A stretch of DNA of 64,000 nucleotides, taken from positions 106,976 to 170,975 of the forward strand of contig NMRA01000244.1 in the NCBI GenBank assembly GCA_002633005.1, read 5' to 3'. The notes under the pieces are model-generated. The model was not told the origin of the DNA and ran no database searches. It saw only the letters and a program-made list of their open reading frames with translations. The position numbers were made by a program, and so were the translations under genes. This document shows positions 39,901 to 50,500 of the stretch, in pieces; position 1 is the stretch's first letter; the number at the start of each line of letters is the position of its first letter. This DNA comes from Phoronis australis (lineage: Eukaryota > Animalia > Phoronida).

Positions 39901-42900
39901 GAATAGTAACAAATAGAGTTTTATATTCTGATCATGAGTATTGGCTGCGTAGCCACCACATTGAGAGTAGTCTAAGTCAAGAACACGGGGACTGGGTTAA
40001 CATACATTTAGTCTTTTCGCAGATGAACCAGAGCGAGGTAGAGCACCGAATGTCGTTCCATCCTTGAATTCCGTTAACATAGAGGCTGACACAGTCTTCC
40101 TGACCGAATAAAGACAAGTAATTGTTCGGCTCACCAGGAAGCCAAGCTGAAAAGAAGTTACGAAACAGAATAAACCTCCTAAGCATCTAACTATAGCCCC
40201 ATCGTGTATGTTTTCTATTCGTTATTAACCAGAAGTACGCCTGGGTGTTTCAAGCTTTTGTTGTACAAAAGGAACGCGTATTCAATTAACTCTGAAATTA
40301 CCAGTAATTGCTTTAACGTTATTTTTGTGAAAGCACTTATGCCTAGAGTAATTGTGCCTGCAACAATTTTGTACTCGGCTTTTTGAATGCTTGGGAATAG
40401 TTTTAGAAACATTTGTATCATTCTTCAATTTGATTCGGCTATTCATAAAAGACTTCCACAGTGAGACCACTGTTGTGCATTGCGTGGAGACAGAAAAGGT
40501 TCAACTGGTACATGGAGAGTCTTGTTCTTTTGATGTTGGTGGCAAAACAATTAATGTCACAAAAATGTCTGAACGGTTTGTTATATCAACACACTAATTC
40601 ACGTTATTCTCGGAAAGTCCACACATTTGTTTACTAATGAAAAGGGTTTGTATCGAAGGCCAATCGTCGACACGATATTTCATCATGTGACTTCCTAACG
40701 CTATTCTTCTTTTTTCCTAAGCCAACTCTAGCGTGCATTGGTTTGCATAGATGCGGTGAGATTATCTCCACAGCCGAAATGTGCGGGAAATTATCTTGTA
40801 ACGATCGGGCATTTTAAGAAATGCCGTCTCTGTTTTCGATAACTGAGCTACATTTTTGCTTCCCTATATTGTAAATTGGCTGTTGATGAAGCATTTTGGG
40901 GGATTCACGGAATGACGTCAATTTCCACGACGTATTGTTTGAACTGTTGTAGAGGCGAGCCAACTCGTGGACGAGAGTGTCTCGCCACCTGCCAATCATG
41001 ACTGAAATGTGCTCCGACAGTTTATGTAATTCCGTGTGTGCCGACAGGTGTCACCATGGTATACTGTAATCCTTCCATCTGGTACAATTCACGGTCAGAT
41101 AGTTTATCTTATAAACGTTAAGGTAAACACAAATATGTAAATTAGGCCTTTATACGCTCTGGTCATTATCTGTAGAGTTCTTACCTTCAGAACTACGTAT
41201 ATTGGAGTCTTACTATAAAAATAGAGAGCTTAACCCGCTAATTAAAGACCCGAGGCACTAGTTGCGTTCCGAGCTTACGATCTGGTTTTCTTTTAAAAGA
41301 CTTCTCTTATGCAAGAAATTTGCTCAGCTCTTTGCTTTCATTTCTGCTGAGCTCTAATCCAAGTTTAAATGACCTTTCGCTCTCACACACTATGGGACAA
41401 GACAGTGTTGAAGTCCCACAAATTTTGTCTACTCCGATACTTTCGAATCTGCCTCACCTGAGTAGGTCAGCGGGCCATATTTAGACCAGAATGTGCGATT
41501 TCCACCCGAAGTCTTTGCCCAGGCCCCTAGCCACCACTGGTCACCTCCATATTCTCGACCTTTTCCAACCAGGTACCGCTGCTCATCTTCATTAACCGGA
41601 AGTGCCAGATGACCTCCCAGTTGGCGGCACTTGCCCTCAGCTTCCGGTTGATTCTTGGCTTCCTTAACGAAGGTGTAGTACTTTGACCCAGCTCTCGTGT
41701 GCCAGGTAACTGCACGAACAGCAAAATCAAGGTTTTAAGAATTAACCGTTTGTGAACAAGTTCAATTGCATTGTAAATAGTTTGTTTTCACGCTGTGATA
41801 GCAAGTCGCTCAAGTTGCTATGTCAATAATTAGAATATTGCTCATTACTATTTGTACTGTGATTGTAGCACTTGTTCTATCTTATGAGTGTGTAGCTATA
41901 TGCAGATGAAACAATGTGTGTTGTCGGTGCAAATGCTTACGTTGAGGTAATCAGTGGCGTTTAGTAGCTATTGGTTGTCAAGCTGGAGTAATCCAGCTTG
42001 ACAACAGAGGAGGGACATTGTCAGACCCTGGCAAATCAAAATAAAACGTGGACATCAGCGTACGAAAGGAATTGGTGCGAAGAAACCTGAACACACCTCC
42101 CGGGCTCTCCTGTCTCCCAGCATTGCCCGCATCGCCTAGTTTCGACAACTATGTAAATGGGTAGTGCATGTGCCTGCTCCCGTTTCCCGCAACTATTGAC
42201 AGGTTAAAGTTTCTCGTTGCCTCCGAGCTGTATAACATCTCGAGACCATTGCCATTATAGTACCCTTTGCGCAACCATTTTCGAGCTGCCCCTCCTCTGC
42301 CTGCCCGCTGCAACTTTGTGTTCTTCTACAGTGACTTCTGCTATTCTAACATGTTTTCCCTAATTCCTAAAACACAGGAAGCATAAGGGACAGGTATTAT
42401 TGATTCAGGTCCTTGAAATTCAAGTTCTGGGTGCCCCTGTAACGACGAGTCAATGCCCCCTAATTTCTATGGCCCTAAACTGTAGCTTTTTATGTAAGTG
42501 GATTGCCACAACTTTCGAATGGGCCGCTATTTTACAGGGACCCCGAGTTGCAACTTATTTAGCTTTACGGACAATCTGTCACTACCTACATTAATAGGTA
42601 ATGTGTCTGAGAGTTTAACAGACGAGTCGAGCTTACGGAGATTTTTCGAACGGCTTCGTAACACAGCGCTAATAAAAGATCTTTCGAAAATTCCAGAAAA
42701 GCACCCATGGGCATCTCTTTCTATAAAAATTATGCCTTTCGAAATTTGTCGTCTTTTAAAAGGAGCTCTTATGTATTTAAGATTTAGAAAGCTAAAAAAT
42801 GAACGAGAAATCTCAAAATTTTTACAATTTTTTTAGTGGCAGGTTTGAGTTAAAACTTTAACGACCGAGAACCTTTGAATTCATTCTTGCTCCTGTGTTT

Positions 42901-43523
42901 TTGCTTTTCTTTGCTTTTATTACACATTGAGACTTGCTGACAATATCGAAATATGGCAGAGTGTCTCTCCTTATTTGGTGTATAATAACGATAACTATAT
43001 TCATTTCTAGACCAGTCCGTTTTATAGTCAGCCAATCAAAACTTGCCACGTCATATTAGACGCTCACATGGTATACTATAGCTAATGAAATTCGCATTCA
43101 GAAAACAACTTCAAGCATAGTGTATGCTTCCAGGGAAACCACTTATAATAGATGTGTATATTTGTTCAAATTGGTCATTGTTTAAACTGGCAAGTTTATA
43201 TACATACAAATTATCTTAAAAATGTGTAAGCCCTTGTTTTAATTTAACTTTGTAATGTTTAACCGATGTCTAAATTCCTCGACCCTGACTAAGCTCTAAA
43301 ACAATCTCTGACTGTGTCACATTCCATTCTCATGATTCAATATTGTTCACAGTATAAATATACATTGTTCACAATACTGTTCCACTCGGGCTCTAGATAA
43401 CGGGGGATAACAACTTCGCCATGTAATAATCTATATGTATTCGACTTAAAGTCATCGCATTTTTGGATACAAGACCAGTCGATAGTTCTCTTGTGTTTTG
43501 TGCCAATTAGTCATAACGTGTCC

Positions 43524-43606
<83 letters not shown>

Positions 43607-44304
43607 TCTATATCACAATTAATAAAGTATTGACCGATTAAAATCATACCATGAAAATATTGAATTAAATGATGAAACAAAACAGCATGTGTTGCAAACG
43701 TTACAGTATATTCAGTTGGTCTAAATAATGTTTCCTAGGAAAATTTAAGAGTGGGGCGCCTTTTATACGAATTAGCCTTATTGTTGGGAATTCCTCGTAT
43801 GCACTGACAAGTTCGAAGATCTTGAATGTGTTCAGTGTTGTGTATGAGCGACAACTGAAGTGCAAATCAGCAGAACTATACATTGGGCCTGTTGTTTTTA
43901 CAGGATTGTCCATTCAAATCTTGTACGTTGGGAATTTGTGAGTCAGGTATTACATTTACATTAGGGGGCACCCTCAATCATTTCTTTACATGAAGGTGAA
44001 ATTTTTCATAAGGACAACACAATTACCAAATCTCTTAAAACAAAGTCTTCACTGCTCAAATATTTAGAGGGGTTTCTTGATGATCTAGACAAATGCCGTA
44101 TAGAGCGATCATAAGACTGAAGGGAGAATGTGTCATAAAATAAACATTTGAATATTTGTGTCTGCATAAAGAAAATTACTGTTCTTGTGTCGCAACGTTT
44201 CTGCAAATAACAGATTGATTCAATTAGTACGCACCTCCATCTTTCGTGATGTCAGCAGCCCAAGATGGCGCTGAAAGTAAGGCGACCACAAGCAATATCT
44301 TCAT
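36994..44304 (-). CDS. Secreted C-type lectin / sigma-class glutathione S-transferase fusion protein, 8 exons (44235-44304, 41458-41709, 40006-40146, 39050-39190, 38380-38487, 37821-37939, 37447-37551, 36994-37167), 369 aa
   Basis: MKILLVVALLSAPSWAADITKDG|VTWHTRAGSKYYTF..AEGKCRQLGGHLA..WWLGA..LTYS|AWLPGEPNN..QEDCVSL..GWNDIRC..FICEKTK|SNNTKKYEYKYFDLAARGEVGRLLFALSGVTYTDRRV..EWPAMKY|QTVWGVLPEL..YCQSGAINRQLANEF|GLMGKTDEDAYRIDMIV..|..LLEQNNGGSSWFVGDK|PTLADTIYY..PGIAQWLKSRPQSPFR*. All seven introns are GT-AG in phases 1,1,1,1,1,0,0, giving 1110 nt with no internal stop. Domain identities are secure; the lectin-GST splice junction is predicted. Confidence 0.85.
39558..39718. mobile_element. MITE of about 160 bp in the intron between the lectin and GST exons; sibling at 60296-60452
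   Basis: CAGGGGTGGATCCAGGATTT...GGGGGCCATGGCCCCC...CACTG, with internal GAGTATTAGCCAGGATTTT.CCCGTCAGAC shared with the 60.3 kb copy. Confidence 0.75.
43527..43606. repeat. (CA)n(TA)n microsatellite in intron 1 of the lectin-GST gene
   Basis: About 32 CA units followed by TA units. Confidence 0.97.
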
Positions 44305-44346
44305 GATTCTGTGAGTTTCTGGGACGTAGCACGAGACGACGTATTG

Positions 44347-44353
44347 TTATATA
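44347..44353 (-). promoter_or_regulatory. Candidate TATA box of the lectin-GST gene
   Basis: TATATAA on the minus strand about 45 nt upstream of the signal-peptide ATG (context gaatcATGA). Confidence 0.55.
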
Positions 44354-44939
44354 CAGGGCCGGGGCGTGTTCGTGAGATGTGTTGCGAAACGGTTTATTTT
44401 TGACAGGTGTGACGTAGATCAAAGCAGCTGCATTGGCAAGACAGCTGTGTTGCAATGTTTACCTAGATTTTAATCTAACTGAATACGGAACGATAACAGT
44501 ACTCTTAACTCCAAGTTATCCCTCATGAGGTCACCCAATGGCCTGATCTAGTGGACTATGGTTTGGCATTTACTTGACCATGAGCGCCCGCGCAGAAACA
44601 GACTAAGATTCATCTATCACATCGCATTTTTATGCAATGTGTTCAATTTTACCTCTCATCTCAAGGGTGCACGTGTATGGAATGAGTTACACATTTTCGG
44701 CGGCGTAGGATGGTCATCACTGATGTACGTTGACACCTGGCTCTTCTCAGTCACTCATGACTGCTTGTCGTCGGCTTACAATCCTCGAAACGGGAACATT
44801 TCAACCAAATAAGAACTATAATCTAGGAAAGCGGGAAATTTGGGCTGCGCAATATTGCAAACGCACTCGAGAACTGAGTGGAATTCGTAATTTTTGTTTC
44901 CAACGGCGGATTTTGGTCAAGAAGGAGGATTTTTGATCA

Positions 44940-45400
44940 AAGGGTCCTGCGTTGTATTTCCCGTTACACGTTCAGATTCTAGCACAGGAGGGATTGGGAA
45001 TATAAGGATATAGCAAGGTGTCTTAGGCTTGACTGGGTGAATTTACTTTTGCACTATGGGGATGACACGGTGTTCTGTTTAGACTGCTCCAACTAATATT
45101 TAAAAGGATCTCTTGACGTTCTAGGCAAATTCCATGAATTCTAGGGGCTTAAACTAAATATGGGAAAACACACTCTGTGTGGATTGGTGCAGATAAGTAA
45201 GTTTGAAAACTTTTAACGAAGTTGACAGAAAAATATTGACCTCTTCAACAAGATCATTAACCTTGGCAGACTTACTGTAATTAATGCTCTCTTAATTGTA
45301 ACTGGAATTGGTTCATTTTCTCCTTGCTTTGCCATCCTGATCCAGACATAGAACTTGAACAAAGATTTTTCAAGTTTATGAAGAATTTGAACAAAGGTTT
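44940..45400 (+). mobile_element. L1/Tx1-like LINE RT remnant
   Basis: YGDDTVF..LKGSLDVLGKFHEF*GLKLNMGKTH.VWIG..RSLTL..TVINAL. Confidence 0.7.
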
Positions 45401-47572
45401 TTCCAGTTTGTTTGGCGAGGCATAAATGGTAGAATGAAGAGAACTGAAAAGGCAGGCGAGACAACGCCATACAGGGGACACAACTCGAAAACACAAAACT
45501 ACTATTATACGACTTTACCTCGTCAAATCTCTTTGGTTGTTTTGGTTTTATAGACTTATTTCAGCTAATCAACGATGTTTTTGAAATACTTGCCGTGGCA
45601 TTAGGCCTACTCATTGGCTGGGCACCAAATTCAATGTCATGTTGAGAGAGCCTTATTTGGAGTTACGTTCCGAATAAAACCGTTATGCTTAAAGATCCGG
45701 TACATGAAGTTTTTAACAAAAATGAAAGGAAAAGCGTGTTTTTAACGTGTTGGTGATGATGCATTTTACTATCTATGTTCAAAGGAAAATTACAAATTTA
45801 TTTTGGGTCTGAAGTGTTTGGTTACTTTGCCCAAATTTTGGACATCTTTAAGAAGAATGAAGATTTTCAATATCAGAGCGAGTCCGGTACAACAGTAATA
45901 TAACTGTAAAATGAAACAGCGGTCATTTATTACCGTTCGTATGAAAATAGTTACCTTTACCATTTGATGGACTCAGATAGACATTTCATTTTTTAGGAAT
46001 CGTTCTGTGACTCGTTTGCTTTTGCATCCACCCTTAACGGCTATATGGACTTAGTGTATGTGAGCATTTTTTCTCATTTTAACCCAGAAATAAGAACTTT
46101 ATTTGTAAGTCTTCCATTCCAAACTTCCCAAACTACTAACATCCATTACCTCTCACTTCATCCCTTCATTATCTCAAGAACCGCTTGACGAATCATGATG
46201 CAATTTGATACAAGCATATTTGCCGGGGATGTTCCGGTATCAGTCAGTTTTTGAACGGTTTTGATTGTATGGCACTTTCTGTTGGCCGTATTAGATTTCA
46301 ACAAATAGTCTTTGTCTTTCAATTTTAGCCGAAAGACTTGACTATTTTTCTAAAGTTCACGCAAATTTAGAATGCGCAGGAACTAATGAATTTTTGAGCG
46401 GATTCAACTTCCATGGCACCCTATGTTGGCTCTTTTAGATTTTGAGCCGAAAAGATGACGCAGAGGTACGTAGTGGGAATTTGCCTTAACATAAGATTTT
46501 TGAACACAATTGAAAACTCGGATGTACAGTTGGTATGGCAGACCGCGCTCCATAAAGCCAAGGTTCAACTTCAAATTATACTGTATTGATTGTTGGTTTG
46601 AAAATGAACACTACCTATAACGCCAAGCTTCATTTTCACGTTATGACTAATCGAATGTTCAGAAGTAACTCAACCTCGCCCCAACACCCAGATTCAATCT
46701 CAAATTTAATCGATTGATCATTAGCCCATGTAGACGTTACCCACCCATAGATGTCACTCCTGGGCTCCTCCTCGGCCCATTTTAACAGTTCCAGAACTGC
46801 CCCCTAATCCTCAAACTCGATTGATCACTGGTTCATTTGAATGGGTGCTGATCCGTCCTTAACACCGAAACTCATCTTAAAATTGTAACTCGATTAAGCA
46901 TTAGCCATTAAACCAGCGTAACGCCCAAGTTCCTCTGCGTATTCGAATGATGACAATTGTGGCATTCCAAGCCGTCTCTTTTGAAACTTTCGTCGTCATC
47001 CTTTCAAAACACGTTTGTGATTTAAACAGTAATATGTGAATATAAACTCGAAATGACACAGATGATTTTAGACTTACACATTTCAAAGTACTCGAGGTGA
47101 ACAAATAATAATGAATTTTATTCCACAAATTGATCACAACCACAATACAATTAATCACATTAGCGATAAGGATAAACACTTCAACATTGTTGCAATGTGT
47201 TTCAAACTCAGTTTACGTCACTCATTGATATAATTCTCAGCAGCTCTAGTTTGTTGAAGACATGTTGTGACGCATGTGACGTTAATATTTTATAAAGTGT
47301 AGTTAAAATTCCACATATGCTAATAAAGTCAGGCCGAAACAGAAAACTTCAACTTCGCGGCAGTGACTTTTTGTCGCTGAAGCAATCACGAACACTGTTT
47401 GGTCCATGGTATGAAAATGCAAATAAGAACGCTAAATCGCCCTATCAAAAACCAAAACAAAAGGTTCCATCCAAAACATGAAACAAAACAATGGTTTTGA
47501 AGACGGCGCAAAATGAGAGTTTAAGTGACGTTGCCCAATAAAATAATACCAAATACAAAATCTGTACATTAT

Positions 47573-50500
47573 TCAAAGTCTCGCAATCATCATTATCATA
47601 GTTAATATTAAACTATATCCGGTTGCCGTGCCAGCGGATGCACGTGATCTGCCACACATCTTAGCCGTACCGTTGGACTCCTGAAACACAAGCAAGGGTG
47701 TTGTGCTTAGTCTTACACCTGGCAGGTTGCCAAGACATTTAAAAGCTGCGTTTCGCCCTGTTTTGCTGGCTAAGAAACGAAAATCAAATTACGCATTTTT
47801 CTCTCATAAAATTGGCTTCATACTTTTCCTTTCCGTGGTAGGATTCTTTTTCCGTTGGCAACAAGATCATTTGAAACCTTTAGCGACTCGAAAAAGCTTC
47901 AGAGTTGTATTGGGATTGGTCAACTTTAGAGAGCTCTAAAAAGAGGCATGAACAAATTGCCTGTGACTTAACTTGTTGGCTCAATTGGTAATTATTGAAG
48001 ATCGAGTGAACGTGGCAATGATCTCAAACTCCAAAAAAACGTTTGCGTTGAGAAGCCAATGTTGACATCTAAACAGCGGCAAAATGTCTGACTCAGAGCC
48101 ATAGTACATAACAGACTAATGTACACAAATAGTGCTACCGAGAATTTCGGGTTGTAAACCTCGACGTGTAAGAAAGACATGGGTGACCAAACTCTGTCCC
48201 GTTGCATTCTGAACTTAAAAACTAAAAGATGCTGTGTATTATGGTGGGCGGTTGAGGGGAAAGTGTCGCCGTAAAATTACGCTCGTAATTACGAGCGTAA
48301 ATTAAATTGCAGGAGTGTCGCCGTACAATTACGCTCGTAAATTAAATGGGGAAAAGTTTCGCCGTAAAATTACGCTCGTAATTACGAGCGTACGTTAAAT
48401 TGCAAAAGTGTTGCAGTAAAATTACACCCGTAAATTAAATGGGGGAAATGTCGCCGTAAATTACGCTCGTAAAATACCTTAAGAACGTTACAAATTTAAA
48501 CCAATCAGTGATGACCTAACATATCCGACTGTTGCTGGGCAGCTCGTTCTTGCACAATCGCTGACATGGTAGCAGCAATTTGATCCGCCATGATTCAGCG
48601 CTTGGAGTCATGAAAACCGTCAGTAAATAAGTATGTTTATGAGCGCGCGCGATCGTGGATTGTAAAACCCAACGTCATTGGCTAAGAGTTTAAACTAAAT
48701 TACGAGCGTAATTTTACGCCGTAAAGAATTAAATTACGCTCGTAATTTTACGGCGTAATTAACGGCGTAAACAACGGCGTAATGTACACAATTACGCTCG
48801 TATTTTTCCGGCGACACTTTCCCCCCAACGGCCCATCATAGTGTATCATTAAAAGCGTGAATATTTAAATTTGTAGCAAGCGCCACCTTGAGACTTCCTG
48901 GAGAACTGTTTGTACAAGTATAATGAGGAAGAGAAACAATATTTAAATAAAATGATACACTTAAAAGCAAGTGTGAGCATATAGAAAACCCCAGTAATTC
49001 CAAATATTACGCAATCATTATTCGATAGTGAAATGAACAAATAATAAAAACTGTGCCATGTTTTCTTAGGGTAACGATGACATTTTACCACTCATTTACA
49101 TAAAAATAGTTTGCAAAACTAGACTTTCGCGAAATTGTAATGGTAACAGCACACCCGAAGACCCGGGGTTGCTTGTAAATTAGTAATTCATTTGCATATT
49201 CACTATTTAATGAAAAGTAGCATCTTTAAAATACTGTCTCGTTGCAATGCTAAAGTTCCACAGCGGTAAAAAGATCACAAAGACCAAAGATGAAACTTAT
49301 CCATCCAGCACTTTTTAAAAATAATTGTACACGGTCTGGTACACGTTTCACCAGACTTGTGTACGTTACGTATGTGGGTCCATTGCACTGATCACCTGCA
49401 CTTTGTAACTCACGTGCTTCCTGTGACCTACAGCAAATTACTAGAGAACAACTTACGCGAACATCTGTATTGTAGCAGTGGTTGGACGGCCGCCGTCTGT
49501 ACGCCGTTGCCTTGTAGTATTCACACCCGTCATCATCAGGGTCGCGAGGTAAACTTGCGTTAAGGATACTACTTACAGAATGGAAGCCCCCTTCTCTCCA
49601 CTGGAATGACGCGGAGGAGCTGGGCTTTTTGCGGTAAAAGCCACGATCATCATATCGCAATGTTTTTGTCGATTACGTAATCTCTGCTAATGCTTACCCT
49701 CGGTGAATGTGAGTATAGGTGTACGGTTAAGTGTGTCTTAAAACAGCAAAAAATGAGTTCCGTCGAAAAAAATAAATTACCACTTACCTCTATATAAAAT
49801 TGGTCTCAACTTGTTAATTACTCGGATCCGAATTGATTTTTGGTCTTACGGGAATAGAAAGTTAGCCTCAAAATCGAACACGCGATATCACGGTTACTGC
49901 GACTAGATAACTCAACCCTGTTTTGAGAATTCAGCCAACCCTGGTTTTGTCCCTTGCTTATGCTCCATTGGCCTCCCACTCGAATGATAAAAACACTTAC
50001 TCAGAGTGTCACAGAATAGACATTTGTAAAGAAACTTCTGTCTGTGTATGGTTTTTGAGATGTATGGCTTAATCAGTGTGTGGTAAATCAAGCGTATTTC
50101 TTGACAGTTTTTTCTCAACGACTGTTATGTGCAAGACTGGCAATCGGATATCGCATGTAACGCAAAACTGCCTTACTATGTGAGATATAAAACAATGTAT
50201 TGTCTTGAGAATTATCTAGAAGTAAATAGTATCCCACGTGTTTTTATCCAGTTTCTGACTCGATGGCGATGTTCAAATCATTCGTTACTAGTGGAAAGAG
50301 GTCGCCACACAAATATTCCCTATGAAAATAGGTTGCGTGAGTTATGTAATTCGGGATGTGTAGAGGACGTACGAACCACGTTGCGTTAGTTTGCAGTCCG
50401 TATAAAGACCTTCTGGTTACGTACTTAAGTGATCGTTTTTGTCATTCTCCCACGACATCTCAATTTGAATCTCTCGTGAGAACTTCGATATCCTACTTCT

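Noticed and set aside
47992-48207. Hydrophobic ORF as the signal exon of the lectin gene or the GPI tail of alpha2delta
   Set aside because: Much better candidates with correct phase and splice sites exist at 44235-44304 and 47573-47680.
48260-48480. CRISPR-like repeat spacing
   Set aside because: There are no unique spacers. The repeats are mirrored subterminal arrays of a TIR element.
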